From: an uncultured Verrucomicrobiota bacterium
GTDB taxonomy: Bacteria > Auribacterota > JABMQX01 > JAFGEW01
Reading direction: 5' to 3'
Length of the DNA stretch: 43,437 nucleotides
Assembly: GCA_964550015.1 (NCBI GenBank)
Contig: CAZJXV010000001.1
Location: forward strand, 1-43,437
The stretch's first letter is position 1. Each line of letters starts with the position of its first letter. Below the pieces are notes generated by a model. The model worked only from the letters and a program-made list of their open reading frames with translations. It was not told the DNA's origin and ran no database searches. A program made the translations under genes and the position numbers. Positions 16,496 through 24,057 of the stretch are shown here, one piece after another.

Positions 16496-17214
16496 GGGCG
16501 CGATCCCTCCCCCGGGCTGCCGGGACCCTCGCTGTTCCCGAGCTGTTTCTCGAGCTCTTCCACCCGGGCGTTGAGCGCGTTGACTGCCTTTGTTTTTTCG
16601 TCGAGCGCCTTCTCGGTAGCTTCCAGGCTCGTGTTGGCCTCGTCAAGGGATTTCTGGAGCGTGTCGGCGCGGCCTTTGTGCGCGGCGGTGTCGTCTCTGG
16701 CGGCCTTGAGGTCGCCGTTGAGCCTGGCGACCAGGTCGGCGGCGCCCTTGAGCTTGGTCTCGAGCGTGGTGATGCGCTGGTTGGCGGCGTCGAGGTCGTT
16801 TGAGGCGGCGGTGAGGGCTTCCTGAGTTTCGGCGAGGCGGCCGTCGATCCGGGCCACCTCGCTGCGCAGCGTCTCGTGGTCGGCGAAGCGCGTCTGCACG
16901 GTCTGCTTGAGGGCGGCGGCCTCGTCGTTCAGCTGCTTGACTGTGCCGCGCAGCTCATCGGCGTCCGTGCGCAGTGCGTCGTACTGTTTCTGGAGGGCCT
17001 CATGCGCGGCGCGGAGCGTCTCGGCATCCCCGCCGGCGTTGTCGGGCGCGGGCGGCGCGGGCTGTTCGTGTTGTGTCGCGGGCGGCGTGTCGGCGGCGAG
17101 GCGGCGCTCCTTTTGGACGACGTGGACGAGGAGCCCAACGTCCACAACGAAAAACATCACGAGGAAGAGGACGAGTATGCGGCGGGCGCGTCCGCCGGGA
17201 CGTGTCGAGGCCAT
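16492..17214 (-). CDS. membrane-anchored coiled-coil protein, function unknown
   Basis: N-terminal TM ILVLFLVMFFVVDVGLLVHVV, a P-rich linker, then about 170 aa of heptad-like A/L/E/K/D/T sequence (LRGTVKQLNDEAAALKQTV...LETKLKGAADLVARLNGDLKAA...VEELEKQL). AGGGAG SD overlaps the upstream TAA. It is co-oriented with kdsD and overlaps it by 4 nt. Confidence 0.7.
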   Translation of the reverse strand: MASTRPGGRARRILVLFLVMFFVVDVGLLVHVVQKERRLAADTPPATQHEQPAPPAPDNAGGDAETLRAAHEALQKQYDALRTDADELRGTVKQLNDEAAALKQTVQTRFADHETLRSEVARIDGRLAETQEALTAASNDLDAANQRITTLETKLKGAADLVARLNGDLKAARDDTAAHKGRADTLQKSLDEANTSLEATEKALDEKTKAVNALNARVEELEKQLGNSEGPGSPGEGSRP

Positions 17215-17221
17215 GGTGTGC

Positions 17222-19582
17222 TTACTCCCTGAGAATTGCTTTGAAGATGGCGTCGGCCACGAGGCGCTGGCCGGCGGCGTTCATGTACATCATGTAGACG
17301 TCGTCATTGACTTCGTCGTCGAGAAACAGCGACTTCCAGTCGCCGTCGCGGAGGTTGACGGCCTCGTACACGTCGGCGAGCTCGACGTTGCGCTCGAGGG
17401 CGAAGCGGCCGAGGGCGAGGGCGAAGACCTTCGAGCGTTCGGCGGCAAACGGCATGGGCGGCGGGGTGACGAGCACGATTCTTGCGCGGGTGCACGCGGC
17501 GAGGTGGTTCACCATGAGGCGGAAGTAGGTCTCGATGGTCTCGACGGGGGTGAACGCGGTGATGTCGGTCTGATCGAGCGAGAGGGCGACCACGTGCGGG
17601 TCGAAGCGTTCGAGTGCGGCGCCGGCTTCGAGCATGCGCTTGACGGGGAAGTGGCCCAGCGTGTCGCGTTCAGTGGCGAAGCGCCGCACGGTCACGGTGC
17701 GTGCGGGGAACTTCTCCTCGAGGCGCCGTTGGAGCATATCGAAGAAGAGCCGCGTCTCGTCGTAGCCGAGCCCGCCGGGACAGAGCGAGTTGTCAACGAT
17801 CGCCACGCGCAACGCGCCGGGCGAGCCGGCGAGCACCTTGGCGAGCGGCTCGCGCTCGAGCTCGGCCGCGCCCGTGGTCTTGACGATGAGGTGGCTGCCT
17901 GCGGCGTCGAGGAGGTTCGGGTCGTGGCCTGAGAGCTCCGGGAACGGGTCGGTATCGAGCAGGATGCGCAGGTCCGTGCGGCCGATCTCGACCTCGCCGT
18001 AGCGGACGGCGCTGCTGAGGGCGAACGGGCCGGGCAGGTTCGGGATCTCGGCCTCGATGACGAGCTCGCGTTCGAGCCGGGTCTCGGCCGTCTTGGCCAC
18101 GCGGTAGCGGGCCATGGGCGAGCCGCTCAGGCCGGGGAGCGAGAGCGGCGAGTCGAACGTGCGCGAGCCGGGCTTCATGAGCTCGTCGAGGTGCTCGGCG
18201 AAGAGCGTGACGGTGTGGCCGCGCCACTCGAGGCGCTGCTCGATGAGCACGTCGGCGCCGTCCTCCGTGAGAAACTTGAGGCCGAGGCGGACGCGGATGG
18301 TGGGGTCCCAGTCGGCGTCGGGGCCGGCGGGGCCGCGGACGAGCTTGGGCTCCTCCTGCTGGTTGAAGACGAGCTCCATCTTGGCGCGGACGTCGGTGGG
18401 CAGCACGATGGTGCGGCTATAGGAGCCCTCGTAGCCGAGCGAGTCGCGGGCGGTGAGCGTGGCGGTATAGGTGCCCGGCTTGCGGTAGGAATGCGTCGGG
18501 TTGGGGTCGGTGCTCGTCTCGCCGTCGCCGAAGTCCCAGGCGCAGGATGCGAGCGTGCCGAGGCTCGAGGTGGCGAGGCTGCGGAACCGCACGGCGGACA
18601 GCACCACGTCGGTGCGCACGAGGCGGACCTGGCCGAGCACGCCGGCGGTGAAGTAGGTATTGAGGGGCTGCTGGAAGCGCTGGAGCCCGGTGACGGTGAA
18701 GCCGACGTCGGCGGGGAAGGCGCTCGCGGGGACCGTCTCGTAGTTGCGGTGGCCGGGGGGTTGCCACTGGAGCTGAGCGATGTAGCTGGTCGGGTGGCGG
18801 CTGTAGAGGCACAGCGCGATCTTGTGGTCGCCCTGCTCGAGGAAGATCGAGTCGTCGCTCACGTACTGGCCGAGGGCGCGGGTCTGAGTGAGGCGCGTCC
18901 GTTCGTCGAGCGGCAGGTAGGCGAGGCCCGTGGCCTTGAAGCGGAGGCCGTAGTTGCCGCTGACGGGCGCGCGCAGGATGCCTTTGTAGATGGCGAGGCA
19001 CTTGGGCGATTCCTTCGAGTACGGATTGGCGCTGTCGTTGATCTGCGCCCGTTGGCCGGCGCCGAGGACGGTCTTCGAAGCCTCGAACGCTGTGCGGAAG
19101 GCGTCGAGGCCGGCGATTCGGGCACCGGTGTGTGCGCGCATCTCGAGCCGGACGCCACCGGGAGACGCGGGCAATCCCGACACGGGGGGCGGTTCGGCCT
19201 GCGGATTGCCGTAGTAGATGTAGTACACGGAGGGGTCGCCGGGGGCGAGCTTGAAGCGGAGGCCCACGCGCCCGTTCCCGGCGGCGGTGACGACGTGGGG
19301 CATGACACGCGCGTCGGCGGAGGCCACCCGGACGTCGGCGGCGTCGGGCCGGGCGAGGTCGCCCACTTCGATCGTGGCCGCGCCGGTTGGGAACGTGCCG
19401 AGGTACTCGGGCTGGTCCACGTGAACGATCTGGCGCCACGGCCACGCCGGGTCGAACCAGGGCGCGGTGTGGGCGGGCGGCGGCTCGCCGGCCGGCGCGG
19501 TGGCGAAGGCGAGGGTCGCAGCGCATATCACGACCAGGAACAAGCGGCGATTAGTAACTTCCACGGCTCGCAGCCTAGTCAT
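17222..19582 (-). CDS. secreted multidomain protein: N-terminal beta-sandwich, PA14-like, PKD and a C-terminal SGNH/GDSL-like domain
   Basis: ATG 19582 precedes signal peptide MTRLRAVEVTNRRLFLVVICAATLAFATAPAG. The PA14-like segment is YKGILRAPVSGNYGLRFKATG. The PKD segment is CAWDFGDGETSTDPNPTHSYRKPGTYTATLTARDSLG. The C-terminal SGNH-like blocks are LRVAIVDNSL and IVLVTPPPMP. The ORF-track start at 19708 is too far upstream. Confidence 0.8.
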   Translation of the reverse strand: MTRLRAVEVTNRRLFLVVICAATLAFATAPAGEPPPAHTAPWFDPAWPWRQIVHVDQPEYLGTFPTGAATIEVGDLARPDAADVRVASADARVMPHVVTAAGNGRVGLRFKLAPGDPSVYYIYYGNPQAEPPPVSGLPASPGGVRLEMRAHTGARIAGLDAFRTAFEASKTVLGAGQRAQINDSANPYSKESPKCLAIYKGILRAPVSGNYGLRFKATGLAYLPLDERTRLTQTRALGQYVSDDSIFLEQGDHKIALCLYSRHPTSYIAQLQWQPPGHRNYETVPASAFPADVGFTVTGLQRFQQPLNTYFTAGVLGQVRLVRTDVVLSAVRFRSLATSSLGTLASCAWDFGDGETSTDPNPTHSYRKPGTYTATLTARDSLGYEGSYSRTIVLPTDVRAKMELVFNQQEEPKLVRGPAGPDADWDPTIRVRLGLKFLTEDGADVLIEQRLEWRGHTVTLFAEHLDELMKPGSRTFDSPLSLPGLSGSPMARYRVAKTAETRLERELVIEAEIPNLPGPFALSSAVRYGEVEIGRTDLRILLDTDPFPELSGHDPNLLDAAGSHLIVKTTGAAELEREPLAKVLAGSPGALRVAIVDNSLCPGGLGYDETRLFFDMLQRRLEEKFPARTVTVRRFATERDTLGHFPVKRMLEAGAALERFDPHVVALSLDQTDITAFTPVETIETYFRLMVNHLAACTRARIVLVTPPPMPFAAERSKVFALALGRFALERNVELADVYEAVNLRDGDWKSLFLDDEVNDDVYMMYMNAAGQRLVADAIFKAILRE

Positions 19583-20147
19583 GATGGAATTCCCAGCTTT
19601 GAATCTCACGGCTTTCCGCGTCGTACCGGACGTAAAAAGCTTCGGCTCCCGCGTGCTCTGACACGCACACCTTCTCGGAGATACCGGACGGCAAAGCTTG
19701 GGACACATATGTAGCCACCTCGATCGTGCACCCCCATGCCTCCATCCGGGCCTCGAACTCCTCTATGGTTTCACCGCGTTTGATCGTGGCGCACTGAAGG
19801 ATGAACCTCTGGTAGTCGTCACGCGGCACGAAGGACAACACGACACCAAGAAGGATGAGCAGGAACCCAATGATGGGCGGTATGCCCAGGAACCACCAGC
19901 GGCGCTGTCTGAACATCCATATCACGGCAACCACCACACCACCTGTGAGAACGAGCAGGAGAATGAGCGCGTGATACCACTTCATCAGGAAGGGAAGCGG
20001 CGTTATGCCGACCAAGGTACAAAACACAAGGATGACTCCGACACCCAGGCAGAGAGTCAGCCCGAGGTTTACCAGGGCGGGCGCCTTCCAACCGCGGGAA
20101 GACGGAGCTTTGGCGCGATGGCTAGGGCTGTTGTCTCCCTGGATCAT
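19575..20147 (-). CDS. small integral membrane protein, function unknown
   Basis: ATG 20147 is preceded by GGGGAAG. About four TM helices (LVNLGLTLCLGVGVILVFCTLVGI, ALILLLVLTGGVVVAVIWMF, FLGIPPIIGFLLILLGVVLSF) are followed by a soluble C-terminal ~70 aa. Its end overlaps the next gene's start by 8 nt. By eye, GC looks lower than in neighbouring genes. Confidence 0.6.
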   Translation of the reverse strand: MIQGDNSPSHRAKAPSSRGWKAPALVNLGLTLCLGVGVILVFCTLVGITPLPFLMKWYHALILLLVLTGGVVVAVIWMFRQRRWWFLGIPPIIGFLLILLGVVLSFVPRDDYQRFILQCATIKRGETIEEFEARMEAWGCTIEVATYVSQALPSGISEKVCVSEHAGAEAFYVRYDAESREIQSWEFHHD

Positions 20148-20269
20148 CTGGTTCTTCCCCTGTCGCCGGCGTGGAGCGCATCCACGACATGCTACTCTCA
20201 GGGCGCGACCGCGGTCAACACGGTTAGCCCCTCGCCGTATGGGTTTGACCGCTCGCGGAGGCTGGGGTT

Positions 20270-20338
20270 CCATTCGACAAGCTCATGGCAGGCCATTCGA
20301 CGGGCTCATGGTGGACCATTCGACAGGGTCATGGCAGG
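20270..20338. repeat. 3 x 23-bp tandem repeat (CCATTCGAC-NNN-[G/T]CTCATGG-NNNN)
   Basis: Unit 20270-20292 is CCATTCGACAAGCTCATGGCAGG. Unit 20293-20315 is CCATTCGACGGGCTCATGGTGGA. Unit 20316-20338 is CCATTCGACAGGGTCATGGCAGG. Related single copies lie at 20515-20533 (CCTTCGACAGGCTCAGGGC) and 1926-1945 (CCTTCGACTGTGCTCAGGGC). Confidence 0.85.
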
Positions 20339-20401
20339 GCCCGCGCGGCGATTTCGCTTGGCGCGCCTGCGGGGCTTTGTTAGCGTCGCAGCACGAGAGG
20401 C

Positions 20402-21559
20402 TTGGGGCGAATGAAAGCGACAGCCCTTCTGCTCACGACGAGTTCAACGCCGACGCGGCTTCGCGGGTTGCGCGTGCACAACTATGCCGCCGACCCGGAG
20501 GGCGTGGAGCCGGCCCTTCGACAGGCTCAGGGCCCCTCGGCTTTGCTCGGGGCAGGCAGGCTGGTCTGGCTCGAGCCCGCCAGCGAGATCTATTACTGGC
20601 CGGCCGAGGCGCTGGCGTGGTTGGCCGGGCACGTCGAGGTCGGCGGCAGCCTGTTGGTGACCGGTGGCATCGGTGAGGGGTTCCTCTTTCGCACCGTGAT
20701 CGAGGAGATGCTGCCCGCGCGCGCGGTCTTCCAGGAGGATGCGCGGCCACAGCACCACGTCCGCGACGTGAAGCGGTACGCCGACTCGGTGTGGTTCACG
20801 TCGGGCGAGATCGTCGTCGAGGACGCGGCGCATCCGCTTCTCGAGGGCGTTGGCCTGAAAACGGGCATGAAGCTTTTGGGCAGCTATGTCGCGGAATCGA
20901 AGCCGGGGGCGCGGGTGCCGGTCCGGTTCGCGACGTACGAGTCCGTCGGCGCGACGTTCGATCTCGAGCCGCTCGACATGCCGTGCGTGGCGACCTGGAC
21001 GTGGGGCAAGGGGCGTGTGACGTACCTGGCGAGCGACGTCGGCGCGCTGCCGCGCGGGGCGAGGTGGCGGCGGCTCGTCGAGAACGTGGCGGCGCAACCA
21101 CCCGCGAGCGCGAAGGAGCGGGCGCAGGACCGGTTCGCGTACCTGAGCGGAACGCTGGCTGAACTGCGGCGGCGGGCCGAGGTGCTCGGGGCGCTGGAGG
21201 CGAAGCCGGAGACGGCGCTGCTCGACGAGCTGGGAAGGCGCGTGGGCAGGGCGGACGTCTCGACAGCGAAGGGGCGGAAGGCGTTTCTCGACGTTGTGCC
21301 GGAGCTGGAGGAACTGGCGCTCGACGCCGGGGCGGCGCTCGAGGCGGCGGAGGCGGGGCTGTTCCGCAAAGCGTTCGAGGCGTACACGGCGTTTTACGCC
21401 GCGCTGGCCCGGGCGGAGGTCGAGGGCGCGGCGCCCGAGTCCGAGCTTGCCAAGCTCCGGCACGAAGGGGAGCTTGCGAAAGTGCATTTCAACGCCCGCG
21501 CATACCTCCAGGCGGCGCGCACCTACCGGGTCCTCACGAAGGCCATCGGGTCCCGGTAG
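20402..21559 (+). CDS. class-I glutamine-amidotransferase-like (DUF1355/ThuA-like fold) protein with an Ala/Glu/Leu-rich helical C-terminus; start uncertain
   Basis: Landmarks are VGGSLLVTGGIGEGFLFRTVIEEMLPA and WGKGRVTYLASD, followed by about 130 aa of helical repeats. The first ~45 codons of the ORF run through a REP-like repeat (ALRQAQGPSA), so the true start probably lies near 20540-20570. Confidence 0.6.
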   Translation: MGRMKATALLLTTSSTPTRLRGLRVHNYAADPEGVEPALRQAQGPSALLGAGRLVWLEPASEIYYWPAEALAWLAGHVEVGGSLLVTGGIGEGFLFRTVIEEMLPARAVFQEDARPQHHVRDVKRYADSVWFTSGEIVVEDAAHPLLEGVGLKTGMKLLGSYVAESKPGARVPVRFATYESVGATFDLEPLDMPCVATWTWGKGRVTYLASDVGALPRGARWRRLVENVAAQPPASAKERAQDRFAYLSGTLAELRRRAEVLGALEAKPETALLDELGRRVGRADVSTAKGRKAFLDVVPELEELALDAGAALEAAEAGLFRKAFEAYTAFYAALARAEVEGAAPESELAKLRHEGELAKVHFNARAYLQAARTYRVLTKAIGSR

Positions 21560-21568
21560 CCATCTGTC

Positions 21569-21589
21569 GCCCCTCCGGGGCTTGTTTTT
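21569..21589 (+). terminator. possible intrinsic terminator after 20402..21559
   Basis: The hairpin is GCCCC-TCC-GGGGC (21569-21581), followed by TTGTTTTT (21582-21589). It starts 10 nt after the TAG stop. The stem is short, at 5 GC pairs. Confidence 0.4.
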
Positions 21590-21597
21590 GTGGTGCG

Positions 21598-21750
21598 TTC
21601 CGTAGGCTGACGCCTACGGCTACTGACGTGGCGCCCCTCCGGGGCGGGGATAATCGTATTACGCGCTTTCGGGGCGCGGGGAGGGAGCGCGTTTGCGGGT
21701 TTTCCGTAGGCTGACGCCTACGGCTACTGACGTGGCGCCCCTCCGGGGCG
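21598..21750. repeat. two identical 49-bp REP-like copies (21598-21646 and 21702-21750), each holding two hairpins
   Basis: Both copies read TTCCGTAGGCTGACGCCTACGGCTACTGACGTGGCGCCCCTCCGGGGCG. The internal hairpins are CCGTAGGC-TGAC-GCCTACGG and CGCCCC-TCC-GGGGCG. A degenerate third copy lies at 30152-30192. Confidence 0.9.
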
Positions 21751-21971
21751 CGGGTTTCTGCGGTGTTCTCTTGCTTGGGGGTCAGGGCGCGGCCCTGGGT
21801 TCTGTCGCCCCTGTGGACCCCACTTCTTTTTTCGGTTGGTTTGCTGATGCCGGGGTTTGCTTTGCTTCGTCGAGGCCTCGAACGGGTTGCGGCCCAGGAA
21901 AGGCCCCGCCGCGACGACGAGGTCCGGCATGGGGTCTTGACGGAGTAAGAAACGGCGGGTATCGGCGTGCG

Positions 21972-22304
21972 CTAGTTTTGCGAGTTCTTCTGCTTCTTGA
22001 GGCCGCGGAGGGGGTCGGTTTTGGCGGCGGGCTCGAGGAGCTTCTTTTCGACCCAGCCCTGGACGAGGATCTTTTTGTCGACGTACTTGACGTAGGCCCA
22101 GTCGCCTTGCTGCTTGAGGACATGGACCCGGGCCCCGGTCTTGAGGACGCCAATCTGCTTGTTGGGGGCGTAGTAGAGGTTGGCGTCCTGGGTGGTCTGC
22201 ATAATGGTGGGCTCCGGCGGCGCGGGCTCGGTGGTGCCCGGCTCAGCGGCGGGGCCGGCCACGCACCAGAGCAGCAGGGCACTCAGCACAATCTTCCCGG
22301 GCAT
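21972..22304 (-). CDS. small secreted SH3b-domain protein
   Basis: AAGGAGAA SD lies upstream of ATG 22304. Signal peptide MPGKIVLSALLLWCVAGPAA. The SH3-like segment is ANLYYAPNKQIGVLKTGARVHVLKQQGDWAYVKYVDKKILVQGWVEKKLL, followed by a basic tail. Confidence 0.75.
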   Translation of the reverse strand: MPGKIVLSALLLWCVAGPAAEPGTTEPAPPEPTIMQTTQDANLYYAPNKQIGVLKTGARVHVLKQQGDWAYVKYVDKKILVQGWVEKKLLEPAAKTDPLRGLKKQKNSQN

Positions 22305-22398
22305 CGTTGTTCTCCTTGTATGTGGCGGCGCCGTGCGAACCGTTCAAGGCCGCAGCGCTCGTCATCGGGGCGCCGTTGGTGTGAGGTCCGGCGCCGCT

Positions 22399-22662
22399 TC
22401 AACTGACGAACGGGGCGATGGCTTTCTTGAATTCCTCCAGCCGTTTCGAGAACTCGGTGTTGCCCTTCGCCTCGAGCCGCACGCAGTGCTTGTCAACGAG
22501 CGCCTGGAGCTTTTGGGGGCCGGCGTCGGCGAGCGTGGCCTTGATCTCGCGCATCAGCGCGAGCAGCTCGCGTTCGTATTCGGGCTCGTTATAGCGCAGC
22601 TCGTGCATGTGTGAGTCGAAGAGCATCTGAAGCGTGGAGATCAGTTCGCTGTCGTCCCGCAT
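22399..22662 (-). CDS. small (87 aa) helical cytoplasmic protein, function unknown
   Basis: ATG 22662 is preceded by AGGAGG and a 7-nt spacer. The sequence MRDDSELISTLQMLFDSHMHELRYNEPEYERELLALMREIKATLADAGPQKLQALVDKHCVRLEAKGNTEFSKRLEEFKKAIAPFVS is non-repetitive. The ORF-track start at 22896 runs through REP-like DNA. Confidence 0.55.
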   Translation of the reverse strand: MRDDSELISTLQMLFDSHMHELRYNEPEYERELLALMREIKATLADAGPQKLQALVDKHCVRLEAKGNTEFSKRLEEFKKAIAPFVS

Positions 22663-22831
22663 CCGGTTACCTCCTGTCGTGACCCTGCAAAGACGCCGGT
22701 GGACGCCTTGCGAAGACGCCCGTGGGCGTCTCGCGTCATGGCCCATGATAGTCGAAATCGGGCGGGGCTTCAACGAGGTTCCGGCGGCCCTGCCGGAGGG
22801 TGTGCTTTGGCGGGCGAGAGGTTGGGCGGAG

Positions 22832-22924
22832 GGCGGGCAAGATGCCCCCCAGACAGCCGGCAAGATGCCCGCCGGACGGCCGGCAACCTTCAGCATGGCT
22901 GAGGTCAGGCGATGCCGGCGCTAC
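22832..22924. repeat. REP-like cluster (GGCAAGATGCC family)
   Basis: The cluster reads GGCGGGCAAGATGCCCCCCAGACAGCCGGCAAGATGCCCGCCGGACGGCCGGCAACC...GATGCCGGCGCTAC. The same units occur at 12982-13027. It lies between the radical SAM stop and the 87-aa gene. Confidence 0.6.
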
Positions 22925-22965
22925 ACGTTACGCCGCTTGCTGGCGCTATCGGCGACCTGTCCAGT

Positions 22966-24033
22966 TCATTTTGGAGGGGGTTCGTAGATGCAGAAGGGCT
23001 CCTCGGCGAGGTAGTTGCCCTCGAGGGCGTAGGCGCGGGCGCGGCAGCCGCCGCAGACGATGCGGAAGCCGCAGACGCCGCACTTGCCCTGGAGTAGGTC
23101 GGGGTCGCGCAGTCTGGCGAAGACGGCGGAGGTGTCCCAGATCTGCTCGAGCGGCGTGGTGCGGATGTTGCCGGACGAGACGGGCAGGTAGCCGCAAGGA
23201 TAGACCTCGCCCGAGTACGAGATGAAGCAGACGTGCTGGCCGGCGAGGCAGCCCTTGGTGACGGCCGACATGCCGTGGCCGCGTGGGAGCTCGACGCCGA
23301 GGGCCTTCGCTCGCTGCCGCATGATGCGAAAGTAGTGGGGGGCGCAGGTGGCTTTGAGCTCGATGGGCACGCGCTGCGACTCGTCGAAGAGCCACTCGAG
23401 GACGGCCTCGTAACGTTCGGGCGGGATCATCTGCTCGTCGCTGATCTCGACGCCGCAGCCGACGGGCACGAGCAGGAAGACGTGGAGGGCCTTGACGCCG
23501 AGCTCGATCGCAAGCTCGAGCAGCCGGGGCAGGGCGTCCACGTTGTGGCGGGTCACCGTGGTGTTGATCTGGGTCTCGAGGCCGGTGGCCTGGAGGCGTT
23601 TGAGGCCGGCGACGGCGAGCTCGAACGAACCGTCGCGGCCGCGGAAGGAGTCGTGTATGGCGGCGTCCGGGCCGTCGAGGCTGACGGCGGCGCGCACGAT
23701 GCCCGCGGCCCTGGCCTTTTCGGCGACGGCGTCATCAACGAGCGTGCCGTTGGTGGCCAGCGCCACGCGCAGGCCGAGGCGGGTGGCCTCGGCGGCGATC
23801 TCGAAGATGTCGGCGCGGTACAGGGGCTCGCCGCCGCTGAGGATGAGGATCGGGTTTGAGCCGGCAAAGGAGGCAAGCGAGCGGACGAAGGCGAGGGCTT
23901 CCTCGGTGGTGAGCTCGCCGGGCAGTGCCTCGGGCGTGGCCGAAGCGCGGCAGTGGATGCAGTTGAGGTTGCACCGGGCGGTCGTCTCCCAGAAGACGAG
24001 GCGGAGGGGGTAGCGCGTCTGGTGCTGCTGCAC
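22966..24033 (-). CDS. radical SAM / SPASM-domain enzyme, AhbD/NirJ-like (putative heme-pathway decarboxylase family)
   Basis: The radical SAM cluster is FWETTARCNLNCIHC. Other landmarks are SGGEPL, SLDGPDAAIHDSFRG, HVFLLVPVGCG and KATCAPHYFRI. The SPASM Cys motifs read CLAGQHVCFISYSGEVYPCGY...GKCGVCGFRIVCGGCRARAY...EPFCIY. Confidence 0.8.
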   Translation of the reverse strand: MQQHQTRYPLRLVFWETTARCNLNCIHCRASATPEALPGELTTEEALAFVRSLASFAGSNPILILSGGEPLYRADIFEIAAEATRLGLRVALATNGTLVDDAVAEKARAAGIVRAAVSLDGPDAAIHDSFRGRDGSFELAVAGLKRLQATGLETQINTTVTRHNVDALPRLLELAIELGVKALHVFLLVPVGCGVEISDEQMIPPERYEAVLEWLFDESQRVPIELKATCAPHYFRIMRQRAKALGVELPRGHGMSAVTKGCLAGQHVCFISYSGEVYPCGYLPVSSGNIRTTPLEQIWDTSAVFARLRDPDLLQGKCGVCGFRIVCGGCRARAYALEGNYLAEEPFCIYEPPPK

Positions 24034-24057
24034 GGGTCAGGCTCCGTTGTTGGTGGC

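Noticed and set aside
10123-19714. Other long antisense or shadow ORFs (10123..11622 -, 13738..15216 +, 15509..16825 +, 16907..17932 +, 18191..19714 +). The same type occurs further on (31082..32422 -, 31492..33087 +, 37721..39748 +, 41126..42655 +, 27546..28979 -, 20444..21487 -).
   Set aside because: Each fully overlaps a gene with recognisable family motifs on the other strand or in another frame. Each has low-complexity R/A/G/P/V composition.
20270-21750. Possible CRISPR array (regularly spaced repeats at 20270-20338 and 21569-21750)
   Set aside because: The 23-bp units are head-to-tail with no spacers. The 49-bp units occur only twice, with a structured GC-rich spacer. No cas genes are present. 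They fit REP-like repeats better.
22966-24033. Radical SAM/SPASM enzyme as the anaerobic sulfatase-maturating enzyme for the two sulfatase-fold genes, or as a RiPP maturase for the 87-aa ORF
   Set aside because: Its motifs (HVFLLVPVGCG, KATCAPHY, CGGCRARAY...EPFCIY) look more like the AhbD/NirJ group. It lies more than 8 kb from the sulfatases and is separated from them by unrelated genes. The 87-aa protein is helical with one Cys and sits behind a 303-nt repeat-filled gap. It is kept only as a low-interest open question.
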